Of a stretch of 64,000 nt of DNA, positions 43,262 to 52,469 are shown in pieces (position 1 is the stretch's first letter; every line of letters begins with the position of its first letter). The stretch is from an uncultured Chloroflexia bacterium (GTDB lineage Bacteria; Chloroflexota; Dormibacteria; Aeolococcales; Aeolococcaceae): positions 23,489-87,488 of the forward strand of contig CAWCBS010000007.1 of the NCBI GenBank assembly GCA_963793875.1. Reading direction: 5' to 3'. The notes beneath the pieces were generated by a model. The model saw only the letters and a list, made by a program, of their open reading frames with translations. It searched no databases and was not told the origin of the DNA. The position numbers and the translations under genes are program-made.

Positions 43262-44134
43262 TCAGCCTCCGAAGTAGGTGTTGGGGGACGTCCCCGAGAT
43301 GCTCCCCGGCTGAGCTCCGATGGCGGGCACCGGCGAGGCGCCGGCGGTCGGGTAGTCGTTGGAGGAGACGATCAGGTACTGGAGGACGTCACTGTTGTCG
43401 GTGGCGGCGATCAGGGCGGCGGCATCCTGGGCCGGCAGCTCCACCATGAGCAGGGCGGAGGTGCTGGAGCTGGCCGCGCTCGACGAGGCGGCCGCCCCAG
43501 CACTGCTGGGGGCCGCGGTGGCAGCGCTCCCGGAACCCTGGCCGATGGCGAGGACCAGGACCTTCTGGTAACCCCAGTAGAGGGTGGTCCCGGTGGGGTT
43601 GTAGACGAGGATGTCGATCCGGTCGAGGGCTTGGATGTACCCGCCGGTTCCCTCGCCCGTGCCACTGCTGGCTTCGGGGGCGTAGGGGATCGACACCGCG
43701 ACGTAGCCGGAGGGGAGCACGGCCGGAAGCCCGGCGGCCGCCGGCGCCGCGCTGGCGGCGCTGGTCGTGACCATCGAGCTGAGCACGGGGAGCCCGGCGA
43801 AGATGGTGGTGGACGCGTAGTGAGTGGTCTGGGTGAGCGAGGCGATGGTCGTGTAGTCGGTGCCCCCGGCGGTGGTCAGGATGGTCATCAGGTTCTGGGG
43901 GACGGGCTTGGTGGTGAGGTCGGCCGCGGTGAGCGGGGCGCCCGCGGCGATGTTCGAGGCGGCCTCGACCACGGTCACGTTCGGAATGGGCGGGGTGGTG
44001 TTGTTGGTGGAGTTCCCGGTGGAGGTCGGGGTCTTACCCGTGTACTCCATGGCGAGATAGAAGGCGCCCGCCGCGATGAGGGCGGCGACGACGGCGACGA
44101 GAGCGCGGCGGCGGCGCTGAGCACTGACAGCCAC
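43262..44134 (-). CDS. cpaB: Flp pilus assembly protein CpaB/RcpC-like (SAF domain)
   Basis: N-terminal TM helix and SAF-like VTVVEAASNIAAGAPLTAADL, plus ...GYVAVSIP..., ...DRIDILV... and ...VLVLAIGQ.... It carries an Ala/Ser-rich low-complexity insert. Confidence 0.7.
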   Translation of the reverse strand: MAVSAQRRRRALVAVVAALIAAGAFYLAMEYTGKTPTSTGNSTNNTTPPIPNVTVVEAASNIAAGAPLTAADLTTKPVPQNLMTILTTAGGTDYTTIASLTQTTHYASTTIFAGLPVLSSMVTTSAASAAPAAAGLPAVLPSGYVAVSIPYAPEASSGTGEGTGGYIQALDRIDILVYNPTGTTLYWGYQKVLVLAIGQGSGSAATAAPSSAGAAASSSAASSSTSALLMVELPAQDAAALIAATDNSDVLQYLIVSSNDYPTAGASPVPAIGAQPGSISGTSPNTYFGG

Positions 44135-44377
44135 TGTTTCCTTCCTGTCGTTCCGCGATGGGCACCGGTCCCCGGAAGCTCCGAGCCGTGGGGAGACCGC
44201 ACGGTCCTGAGGGTCCTGGGGTGGATCCGTTCTGCAGATCGTGCAGGGACGTCAAGGTGGGCGAACGAGCGCGTCATCGAACTGTGAATGCCCTGCGGCA
44301 TCTCGGGCACCCGGTGACGGACGGGTGGTTACCGCGTGCCGGGATGGACGCTCCGCCCCGCTTGGTAGCATCCGGGC

Positions 44378-45046
44378 GTGTCGCAGCGCGCCCGGCTCTA
44401 CCTCGTCCGCCACTGCGACGTCGCCAACCCGCGCCGGGTCCTCTACGGCTACCTGCCCGGCTTCGGCCTCAGTGAGAAGGGCCTCGCCCAGGCCGAGTCG
44501 CTCGGCGAGCGTCTCGCCGGACAGCCGATCCGGGCGATCCGGACCAGCCCCCTCGAACGGGCCCGGCAGACCGCCGGGATCATCGCCGGGCATCTCGACG
44601 CTCCGGAGGTGATCCCCGACGACGACCTGGTCGAGGCGCGCTTCAGCCTCTACCTCCAGAGCGTCCCGTACGCCCAGGTCCCGTGGCGCCGGCCGCTGTG
44701 GTGGGTGCACATGGTCTTTCCCGGCCTGCTCCGGCGGGACGAGAGCGTGACCAAGATGGCGGATCGCGTGGAGCGCTCCCTGCAGCGCCTGCTCGACAGC
44801 TTCCCCGAGGGGAGCGGGGTCTGCGTTAGTCATGGCGACCCCATCCAGGCCTTCTGGATCCGTCACCTGCGACGCCGGCCCTGGGCACTTCACCACCTCC
44901 AATGCGCCAAGGGCGGCATGCTGGTCGTCGATTACCTCGACCGGCGGCTGACGAGCGTCCACTACGTCGCCCCTCAGGTGGGGAGCGATCCGGCCGGCGC
45001 GGCGGCCGCGGACGGGACGCCGCCCGCGAGCCCCGCTCACGCCTGA
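44378..45046 (+). CDS. histidine phosphatase (phosphoglycerate mutase-like) family protein
   Basis: LYLVRHCDV (RHG-type motif variant), SPLERARQTA and CVSHGDP. Confidence 0.7.
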   Translation: MSQRARLYLVRHCDVANPRRVLYGYLPGFGLSEKGLAQAESLGERLAGQPIRAIRTSPLERARQTAGIIAGHLDAPEVIPDDDLVEARFSLYLQSVPYAQVPWRRPLWWVHMVFPGLLRRDESVTKMADRVERSLQRLLDSFPEGSGVCVSHGDPIQAFWIRHLRRRPWALHHLQCAKGGMLVVDYLDRRLTSVHYVAPQVGSDPAGAAAADGTPPASPAHA

Positions 45047-45379
45047 CCGACCGAGGCTCAGCCCGCACATTCGCGTGGTCGGCCATTCGGCACCCGCACC
45101 ATGATTGCGGTCGCCATGTCGGCGTTCGTCAGCAAGGGGGACGACTTCGACCTCCTGCCGGCCGCCATCCATGGCGCGGACGTCATGCCCACGGAGTCGG
45201 ACTACCGGTTCCTCCTCCACCACCGCGCCACCGGGATGCTCCGGCGCTCCGAGCCGCGCGCCCTCGGCCTCGCGGGCCGGAGGAGCGCCGGCGGCTCGGC
45301 GGCCCTGGTCAACCCCGGCTGAGGTCACGGGGAGACCTCGGAGCGGGTGCCGCCCAGATCCCGGCGGGCCCGGCTGGGC

Positions 45380-46024
45380 TCATCCCTCGAGCAGCAGCCC
45401 CTGGGGATCGAAGACGGCGACCAGCTCCTCCACCGGGCCGGCTCCGGCCGGCCCTGCCACCTCGACGGCCACCCCGACCGGCACCAGGCGGAGATGGGCG
45501 GCGACGATCGCCGCCAGCCGGCCCCGGCTCCCCAGCAGCAGCGAGGTGACGTCGTAGCCGACCACGTCCTTGAGGACGGCGGCGCCGGCCATCATCGGTG
45601 CGCCGCCGGGAAGCACCGCCTCGATGCCGGTGAGGCTGCGCCGGGGCAGCTCGCCCCGGGCGACCAATTCGCCGACGTGCTCCGCGCCCGGGTGGGCGCC
45701 CAGGCCCGGCACGGCCATGCCGGCGGCGGCGAGTGCCGCGTCGAGCGCGGCCAGCGTCGCCCCCGCCTCCGCCCGAACGATCCCGCGCGGGGCGTCGACG
45801 CCGATCACCGCGAGCCCGGCGAGGCTGAGGACGGTCACCGCCTCCGAGCCGCTGACGCCGGTGGCGGAGCCGCTGCTGATCCGCAGGCGCAGGCGGTGCT
45901 CCTGGGCGATCCGCAGGACGGCGGCGACTCCGCCCGCTGAGGCGGGCACGAGAAGCGCGCCGTCCCGGAGCACGCATCCCGCCCCCAGGGCCTCGGTCAG
46001 CGCTCGGCGGAGGCTCGCGTCCAC
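45380..46024 (-). CDS. FAD-binding (FAD_binding_4, GlcE-like) domain protein, short (214 aa)
   Basis: ...ALLVPASAGGVAAVLRIAQEHRLRLRISSGSATG...RAEAGATLAALDAAL...KDVVGYDVTSLLLGSRGRLAAIV... matches the family pattern. I chose the GTG start at 46024. Confidence 0.6.
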   Translation of the reverse strand: MDASLRRALTEALGAGCVLRDGALLVPASAGGVAAVLRIAQEHRLRLRISSGSATGVSGSEAVTVLSLAGLAVIGVDAPRGIVRAEAGATLAALDAALAAAGMAVPGLGAHPGAEHVGELVARGELPRRSLTGIEAVLPGGAPMMAGAAVLKDVVGYDVTSLLLGSRGRLAAIVAAHLRLVPVGVAVEVAGPAGAGPVEELVAVFDPQGLLLEG

Positions 46025-46121
46025 TGGCGGCTGAGTGTAGGGGTCCGCAACTGGCGTCCCCCGATCAGGTCCGCGGCCCTCCCCCCCTGCCGGCTCCGCC
46101 TCCCCGCAAGTGCCGACCCGG

Positions 46122-46316
46122 CTACGAGCTCTTGGGCTTGGCCCAGGTGACCACGGTGGTCTGACCGGGGCGCTCGCGGCGCGAGATGAGCTCCCAGCCG
46201 GCAGCGCCCAGGAGCTTCGCCTCGGCCCTGAGCTCCTCGTCGCTGTCGGCGCGCTCCAGCAGCAGCGAGCCATCGGGGAGGCGCTCGGCGCTGGCCAGAT
46301 CTTCCGCGGAGAGCAT
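46122..46316 (-). CDS. small hypothetical protein (64 aa)
   Basis: These are the last 64 codons of an otherwise artefactual 789-aa antisense ORF. They have normal composition (MLSAEDLASAERLPDGSLLLERADSDEELRAEAKLLGAAGWELISRRERPGQTTVVTWAKPKSS). Confidence 0.4.
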   Translation of the reverse strand: MLSAEDLASAERLPDGSLLLERADSDEELRAEAKLLGAAGWELISRRERPGQTTVVTWAKPKSS

Positions 46317-46484
46317 GGGCTGAGAGTACGAGCACACCTCGGGCGCGCCGGGGATGGATGGGTGACGGAACGCCGATATCGGGTCACAAGGGGCACCACG
46401 GATCACACAGCGCCGCGTCGGCCGGTGGCGCTGCCACCGGCGGGCATGGCCTCCACCCCACGACCGGATGACGCCTTCAGTAAC

Positions 46485-47939
46485 ATGCGCGAGGGCGCCC
46501 GCATTCACTCGCGACGCGCGACGGGGGGCGCCCGTGGGGAGGCGGGGTTGGCTGGTTCTGGATTCCTGGGGCGGGGGCCGCGCGGAGTCCGCGCGGTCCG
46601 CCGGCACGCCCTCGGGGTGAGCCGCCGGGGTGGGACCGACCGGCGACGCCTGGCCCTCGCCGTCGCCGGCGGGGCGCTCGTGGTGATCGCCTTCTCCGGC
46701 TGCTCCCTCGGCTCCCCGGGCCAGACCGGCAGCGTTCGGGGCGCCTCCACCACCCCGACCCCGGCGGGGCCGGGCGGGGTCACCGCGGTGACCCCGGCGG
46801 TCGCAACGCCGGGTGCCCTCACCTCCGCCACCGGTGCCAGCATGTCGCTCCAGGCGGTCACCTGCGTCGCCACCGCGGACTGCTGGGCGGTCGGATGGTC
46901 GACCGCCGACGCCACCGGCCAGCCCCAGACGCTGATCGCCCAGGGTGGCGGGGCCGGCTGGCAGGTCCTGTTCACCCCGCCGGTGCCGGGCAGCACGGGC
47001 AGCGAGCTCGAGGCCGTCAGCTGCACGGCCCCGGAGGAGTGCTGGGCGGTCGGCGACTCCTGGCAGGGTTCGGGCACCGACCGGGACACGGCGCCGCTGA
47101 TCGAGCTGGAGACGCCAGCGAGTGGCTGGACCGTCGTCTCCAGCCCCGCCCCGTCCGGCACCCAGGACAGCGCCCTCGACGGGGTCGCCTGCGCCGCGGG
47201 TGGCGGTTGCTGGGCGGTTGGATACTCCTCCACCTCGACGGCGTCGGGCACGCGGTCGGAGACGTTGCTCGAGCAGGAGACCGCAACCGGGTGGAGCATC
47301 GTGGCGAGCCCTGTCCTCCCGGCCACCGGCACCGGCGGCCAGCTCGCCGGCGTCGCCTGCGCGGGCTCCGACTGCTGGGCCGTCGGCCACTGGGACGATG
47401 CCGCCGGCACCCCTCATGGCCTCATCGAGCAGTACGCGGGGAGCGCGTGGACCATCGTGCCCGGCCCGAAGGCCAGCCCCAAGGCCAGCCCGACGCCCGG
47501 TCGCGCCGCCACGACGACCCCGGGGAGCCTCCTCTCCAGCGTGACCTGCATCGGTCCGAGCACCTGCTGGAGCGCCGGCTCCGTCCTGCCAGCCAAGGGA
47601 ACGTTGCAGGGACTGCTCGAGGAGTACGACGGTGCCGGCTGGAGCAGCGTTCCCGCCGCGGCCACAGGGAGCCAGCTCCTGGGGGTCGCCTGCTCCGCGG
47701 CCGGGAGCTGCTGGGCCGTGGGTGCCTCCACCGCGGCGGGCTCCGGCACCCTGATCGAGCAGGAGACGGCCGGCGGCTGGAGCGTCGTCCCCACCTCCCC
47801 CTCCTCGGTGACCACCGACCCCCAGCTCAACGGGGTGGCCTGCGTCGGCTCCGGCGAGTGCTGGGCGGTCGGCGGCCCCGCGCGGCCGTCGGGCAGCGGT
47901 CCGATGATCCTCGAGCAGATGGCCGCGGGGCCGGCCTGA
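46485..47939 (+). CDS. lipoprotein with seven Cys-pair repeats (beta-propeller-like)
   Basis: Lipobox-like ...VVIAFSGC. There are seven repeats of L-x-[GA]-V-[STA]-C-x4-5-C-W-A-V-G. It is a paralogue of 14618-15811. The start is uncertain (46446 or 46485). Confidence 0.75.
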   Translation: MREGARIHSRRATGGARGEAGLAGSGFLGRGPRGVRAVRRHALGVSRRGGTDRRRLALAVAGGALVVIAFSGCSLGSPGQTGSVRGASTTPTPAGPGGVTAVTPAVATPGALTSATGASMSLQAVTCVATADCWAVGWSTADATGQPQTLIAQGGGAGWQVLFTPPVPGSTGSELEAVSCTAPEECWAVGDSWQGSGTDRDTAPLIELETPASGWTVVSSPAPSGTQDSALDGVACAAGGGCWAVGYSSTSTASGTRSETLLEQETATGWSIVASPVLPATGTGGQLAGVACAGSDCWAVGHWDDAAGTPHGLIEQYAGSAWTIVPGPKASPKASPTPGRAATTTPGSLLSSVTCIGPSTCWSAGSVLPAKGTLQGLLEEYDGAGWSSVPAAATGSQLLGVACSAAGSCWAVGASTAAGSGTLIEQETAGGWSVVPTSPSSVTTDPQLNGVACVGSGECWAVGGPARPSGSGPMILEQMAAGPA

Positions 47940-48000
47940 CCGGCTGCCCGGCGAGATCAGGTTGACGCCGCAACCGACCAGCCCGTATAGTTCGCCGACG

Positions 48001-48078
48001 ATGCACGTCGCGCACGCCTCGAAAGAGCTCGCCGGACGCAAAGCCCTCGCAGGGGCCAAAGCCGCCGGAACGAAGTAG
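48001..48078 (+). promoter_or_regulatory. candidate Lys-rich leader peptide ORF (25 codons) upstream of the lysine operon
   Basis: ATG...TAG encodes MHVAHASKELAGRKALAGAKAAGTK. It has 4 Lys, three of them AAA codons, in a high-GC genome. It lies between the upstream gene and a strong terminator hairpin. No clear SD is present. Confidence 0.35.
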
Positions 48079-48112
48079 AGGCGCGCGCCGCAAGGCGCTC
48101 CCGCCGCCAGCG

Positions 48113-48153
48113 GAAGAGGGCTCCCCCAGAGCGAGGGAGCCCTCTTTGTTTGT
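48113..48153 (+). terminator. intrinsic terminator / attenuator hairpin
   Basis: AGAGGGCTCCC (48115-48125) pairs perfectly (11 bp) with GGGAGCCCTCT (48135-48145) across a 9-nt loop. TTGTTTGT follows. Confidence 0.65.
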
Positions 48154-48191
48154 CTCCGCCCATCTCGAGCAGCCAACTCCGTGGGAGTCCC

Positions 48192-49298
48192 ATGAGCATC
48201 CAGAACCCAGCCCAGCCGATCCAGGTCGTCGTGCTGCCCGGCGACGGCATCGGCCCGGAGGTCGTCGCCAGCGCGGTGAGCGTGCTCCAGCACTCCGCCG
48301 CGGCCCACCGGCTCGACATCCTGCTCACCGAGCGGCCGATCGCCGGAGCCGCCATCGAGGCCGAGGGCCGCCCCCTCCCCGAGCCGACCCTGCAGCTCTG
48401 CCGCGAGGCCGACGCCGTGCTCTTCGGTGCCGCCGGGGCCCCGCGCTGGGACCATCTGCGCGGCGACGCCCGGCCGGGGGCGGCCATCCACGGGCTGCGC
48501 CAGCGGCTCGGCCTGAGCGTCAACCTCCGCCCGGTCCGCGCCTTCCCCGCCCTCTCGGGCTGCGGCCCGCTACGGCCCGAGGTGACCCGCGGCAGCGACT
48601 TCATCGTGGTCAGAGAGCTGGCCGCCGGCGCCTATTACGGCGCCCACGGGCGGAGCGGCGAGGGCGACGCGGAGCGCGCCCACGACACCATCACGTACAG
48701 CCGCCGCCAGATCGAGCGGGTGGTCCGCTTCGCCTTCGCCCTCGCCCGGAGCCGGAACCGCCACCTCACCTCGGTGGACAAGGCCAACGCCCTCTGGACC
48801 GGGCGGCTCTGGCGCGACGTCACCGCCGAGCTGGCTGCGGAGAACCCCGACGTCAGCCTCGAGCACCAGCTCATCGACAGCTTCGCCCTGCGCATGCTCC
48901 TGCAGCCGTCACGGCTGGACGTGGTGGTCGCCGAGAACCTCTTCGGCGACATCCTGAGCGACGAGGCGGCGGCGATCAGCGGCTCGCTCGGCATGATGGC
49001 GTCGGCCAGCCTCAATCCCGACGGCGGCCCCGCCCTGTACGAGCCGATCCACGGCACCGCCCCCGACATCGCCGGGCGCGGCATCGCCAACCCGGTCGGC
49101 GCCATCCTGAGCGTGGCCCTCCTCTTCGAGCACTCGCTGCGCCGTCCCGAGGTCGCCGCAGAGATCCGCAGCGCGGTGGACGCCGCCCTCCAGGCCGGCG
49201 CACGCACCCCCGACCTGGGCGGCGGCAGCACCACGGCCGAGATGACCGACGCCATCCTTCACGCGCTGCGCGGCGCGCCGGCGGGAGCGGGAGCATGA
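48192..49298 (+). CDS. homoisocitrate / 3-isopropylmalate dehydrogenase family enzyme
   Basis: ...VLPGDGIGPEV..., ...NLRP..., ...VRELAAGAYYG... and ...ENLFGDILSDEAAAISGSLGMMASASL... are family blocks. The lysine-pathway role is inferred from operon context. Confidence 0.8.
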   Translation: MSIQNPAQPIQVVVLPGDGIGPEVVASAVSVLQHSAAAHRLDILLTERPIAGAAIEAEGRPLPEPTLQLCREADAVLFGAAGAPRWDHLRGDARPGAAIHGLRQRLGLSVNLRPVRAFPALSGCGPLRPEVTRGSDFIVVRELAAGAYYGAHGRSGEGDAERAHDTITYSRRQIERVVRFAFALARSRNRHLTSVDKANALWTGRLWRDVTAELAAENPDVSLEHQLIDSFALRMLLQPSRLDVVVAENLFGDILSDEAAAISGSLGMMASASLNPDGGPALYEPIHGTAPDIAGRGIANPVGAILSVALLFEHSLRRPEVAAEIRSAVDAALQAGARTPDLGGGSTTAEMTDAILHALRGAPAGAGA

Positions 49299-50428
49299 GC
49301 GTCGCGCGCATGGCCATCATCGACTCGACCCTCCGCGAGGGCGAGCAGTTCGCCGGGGCCGATTTCACCACCGCTCAGAAGCTGGAGATCATCGCCGCCC
49401 TCGACGAGTTCGGGGTCGACTACATCGAGATGACCTCGCCGGCGGCCTCGCCCCAGTCCGAGGCCGACCTCCGGGCGGCGGTGGCGGCCCGTCCCCGGGC
49501 CCGGCTCCTCACCCACACCCGCTGCTCCATCGAGGATGTCGACCGGGCGCTCGCCGCCGGCATCGACGGCGTCAACGTCCTCTTCGCGACCTCGGAGGTG
49601 CTCCGCCGGGCCAGTCACGGCCGCTCCCTGGGCGAGGTGGTGGAGATCGCCTGCGGGGTGATCAGCCATGTCCGCAGGGCCGGCCGCGAGATCCGCTTCA
49701 GCTGCGAGGACGCCTTCCGCAGCGACCTCGAGGAGATCCTCGCCGTCTACCGGGCCGTCGACGCCTGCGGACCCGACCGGGTGGGCATCGCCGACACGGT
49801 CGGGGTCGCCACCCCGCGCGAGGTCGAGGAGCTGGTGGTGGCGGTGCGCGCCGCCGTCGGCTGCGACATCGAGTTCCACGGCCACAACGACACCGGTTGC
49901 GCGGTGGCCAACGCCCTGGCCGCCCTGGAAGCCGGCGCCACCCACATCGATACCACCGTGCTCGGCATCGGCGAGCGCAACGGGATAGCCTCCCTCTCCG
50001 GGCTGATCGCCCGGATCGGCACCGTGGCCCCCGCCCGGGTCGACCCCTACCGCCTCGACCTGCTCCCCCAGCTCGACGCCCGGGTGGCCGGGATCCTCGG
50101 CATCGGGGTGCCCTTCAACGCCCCCATCACCGGGGCCTTCGCCTTCACCCACAAGGCCGGGATGCACAGCAACGCGGTGCTCCGCGACCCGCGCAGCTAC
50201 GAGGCGCTCCAGCCCGAGCGTTATGGACTGGATCGGCAGATACTCGTGGGTCACCGGCTGGTGGGCCGCCACGCCATCCGCGACCGCGCCCTGGTCCTGG
50301 GGCTCGACCTCGACGAGACCCAGATCGCCGCGGTCACCGCCCAGGTCAAGCGGCTCGCCGACGCCGCGACCCTGTCCGACGACCAGGTGGACGACCTGCT
50401 GCTCCGCTGGCCCAGCCCGGCCGCCTAG
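49295..50428 (+). CDS. homocitrate synthase-type enzyme (short LeuA/NifV family, no LeuA regulatory domain)
   Basis: IIDSTLREGEQ and HGHNDTGCAVANALAALEAGATHIDTTVLGIGERNG are present. 377 aa. ATGA overlap with the upstream gene. Confidence 0.8.
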   Translation: MSVARMAIIDSTLREGEQFAGADFTTAQKLEIIAALDEFGVDYIEMTSPAASPQSEADLRAAVAARPRARLLTHTRCSIEDVDRALAAGIDGVNVLFATSEVLRRASHGRSLGEVVEIACGVISHVRRAGREIRFSCEDAFRSDLEEILAVYRAVDACGPDRVGIADTVGVATPREVEELVVAVRAAVGCDIEFHGHNDTGCAVANALAALEAGATHIDTTVLGIGERNGIASLSGLIARIGTVAPARVDPYRLDLLPQLDARVAGILGIGVPFNAPITGAFAFTHKAGMHSNAVLRDPRSYEALQPERYGLDRQILVGHRLVGRHAIRDRALVLGLDLDETQIAAVTAQVKRLADAATLSDDQVDDLLLRWPSPAA

Positions 50429-50455
50429 CCCACACATCAGGAGAGCCGAGAAGAG

Positions 50456-51688
50456 ATGGGAACACTCGTCGAAGAGATCTTCACCCACCGCCTGGGGCGG
50501 CCGGTGCATGCCGGCGACACCGTGGTCGCCGAGGTGGACGCGGTGATGGCCCACGACGTCACCGGGCCGCTCGCCATCGACGCCTTCCGCAGCCTGGGGA
50601 TGCCGCTCTGGAACCCGGCCCGCACCGTCTTCAGCTTCGATCACGTCTTCCCCTCCAACAGCGTGGCGGCCAGCGAGCTGCACCGTCGCATCCGCGAGTT
50701 CGCCGCCGAGCACGGCATCCGCAACCTCTTCGCCGAGGGAATCTGCCATCTGGTGATGGTCGAGCGCGGCTTCGTCCGCCCCGGAGGGATGGTGGTCGGC
50801 GCCGACTTGCACAGCACCACCTACGGCGCCCTGGGCTGCTTCTCCACCGGGATGGGCTCCACCGACATCGGGGTCACCATGGCCACCGGGCGCTCCTGGT
50901 TCCGGATTCCGGAGACCCTCCGCATCGAGGTGACCGGGGAGCTGCGCACCGGGGTCCAGGCCAAGGACGTCGCGCTCACCGTCATCCGCCGGCTCGGCGC
51001 CGAGGGCGCCAACTACCTGGCCGTCGAGTGGGGCGGGCCGGCGGTCAGCGCCATGGGGATGTCGGAGCGCCTCACCCTCGCCAACCTCTCCGTGGACTTC
51101 GGGGCCAAGTGCGGCCTCTGCGAGGTCGACGCCACCACCTGGGCCTACCTCGGTCTCCCCGACGGGGGCACGCAGCAGCCGCGCGACCCCGCCTACGCGG
51201 AGGTCCTGCGGGTCGACGTCGGCGAGCTCGAGCCCCAGGTCTCGGCGCCGCCCGCGATCGAGAACGTGCGCCCGCTCTCGGAGCTGGCCGGCACCCCGCT
51301 CGACGAGGTCTTCATCGGCAGCTGCGCCAACGGGCGGATCGAGGACATGGCGGTGGTCGCCGGGATGCTGGAGGGCCGCCAGGTCAACCCCACCACCCGG
51401 ACCATCATCATCCCGGGCACCCGCACCGCCTACGTGCAGGCCCTGGAGCGCGGCTACATCGACACCTTCGTGCGCGCCGGGGCGGTGGTGATGGCCGCCG
51501 GCTGCGGGCCCTGCCTGGGCCGCCAGCACGGCACTCTCGGCCCCGGCGAGCGGGCCCTCTCCACCAGCATGCGCAACTACCCGGGGCGGATGGGCAGCCC
51601 CGACGCCGAGATCTACCTGGCCAACCCGGCGGTGGCGGCGGCGTCCGCGCTGGCCGGGATGATCGCCGACCCCCGGGAGGAGCGCTGA
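50456..51688 (+). CDS. homoaconitase / 3-isopropylmalate dehydratase large subunit
   Basis: Aconitase-family blocks (...MAHDVTGP..., ...GSCANGRIEDM..., ...CGPCLG...). Confidence 0.85.
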   Translation: MGTLVEEIFTHRLGRPVHAGDTVVAEVDAVMAHDVTGPLAIDAFRSLGMPLWNPARTVFSFDHVFPSNSVAASELHRRIREFAAEHGIRNLFAEGICHLVMVERGFVRPGGMVVGADLHSTTYGALGCFSTGMGSTDIGVTMATGRSWFRIPETLRIEVTGELRTGVQAKDVALTVIRRLGAEGANYLAVEWGGPAVSAMGMSERLTLANLSVDFGAKCGLCEVDATTWAYLGLPDGGTQQPRDPAYAEVLRVDVGELEPQVSAPPAIENVRPLSELAGTPLDEVFIGSCANGRIEDMAVVAGMLEGRQVNPTTRTIIIPGTRTAYVQALERGYIDTFVRAGAVVMAAGCGPCLGRQHGTLGPGERALSTSMRNYPGRMGSPDAEIYLANPAVAAASALAGMIADPREER

Positions 51689-52185
51689 TGGCACGGGTCT
51701 TCCGCTTCGGCGACGGCGTCTCGACCGACGCCATCATGCCCGGCCGGTACAACCTCACCACCGACCCGGCGGCGCTGGCCCGGGCCTGCTTCATCGAGAA
51801 CCGCCCCGACTTCCACGAGTCGGTGCGCCCCGGCGACGTGATCGTGGCCGGCAGCAACTTCGGCTGCGGCAGCTCGCGCGAGCACGCGCCGCTCTCGATC
51901 AAGGCCTGCGGGGTCAGCGCCGTGGTGGCCCGCTCGTTCGCCCGCATCTTCTACCGCAACGCGGTCAACCTCGGGCTGCCGGTGATCCGGTGCGCCGACC
52001 TGCACGCCGCCGTCCACGACGGCGACCAGGTGGAGGTCGACGTCCTGCTCGGAACCATCACCGCCGCTGGCCGCACCTTCCAGGGCGAGCCGCCGTCGGC
52101 GGTCGCGCGCCGGATCAGCGAGGCCGGCTCGCTGGTGGAGCTGATCCGCGTCCACGGCTGGGCCGCCATCGAGGAGGTGGTCTGA
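51688..52185 (+). CDS. homoaconitase / 3-isopropylmalate dehydratase small subunit
   Basis: ...VAGSNFGCGSSREHAP... swivel-domain motif. The start overlaps the large-subunit stop (TGATG). Confidence 0.85.
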   Translation: MARVFRFGDGVSTDAIMPGRYNLTTDPAALARACFIENRPDFHESVRPGDVIVAGSNFGCGSSREHAPLSIKACGVSAVVARSFARIFYRNAVNLGLPVIRCADLHAAVHDGDQVEVDVLLGTITAAGRTFQGEPPSAVARRISEAGSLVELIRVHGWAAIEEVV

Positions 52186-52292
52186 GCCGTGCTCACCCCG
52201 ACCCGGCATCCCACCGCCCCGCCAGAGGCGATCTGGAGCGTGCTGACCCCCGCGCCGGCATCCCCGGCGCCCACCCCGGAGGAGACCTGATC

Positions 52293-52469
52293 ATGGCCAC
52301 AGCGACCGCCGCCTGCCCCGAGTGCGACGCCCAGGTGGACGTCGGCGACGACGCCGAGGTGGGCGAGATCGTCACCTGCCCGGAGTGCGGTGCGGACCTG
52401 GAGATCCGCAGCCTCGCCCCGGCACGCCTCGACGTCGCGCCGCCCGAAGAGGAGGACTGGGGCGAGTGA
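52293..52469 (+). CDS. lysW: LysW-type amino-group carrier protein (58 aa)
   Basis: Zinc-ribbon CPEC...CPEC and the acidic C-terminal tail ...PPEEEDWGE. Confidence 0.85.
   Translation: MATATAACPECDAQVDVGDDAEVGEIVTCPECGADLEIRSLAPARLDVAPPEEEDWGE

Noticed and set aside
45101-45322. A 73-aa ORF (MIAVAMSAFVSKGDDFDLLPAAIHGADVMPTESDYRFLLHH...).
   Set aside because: The first half looks protein-like but the second half is Arg/Ala/Gly-rich. There is no motif and no RBS, so it was left unannotated.
48077-48153. A lysine (L-box) riboswitch, prompted by the string AGAGGCGC at 48077.
   Set aside because: Only about 75 nt are available before the terminator, whereas the L-box aptamer is about 180 nt. 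None of the other conserved L-box segments could be found.
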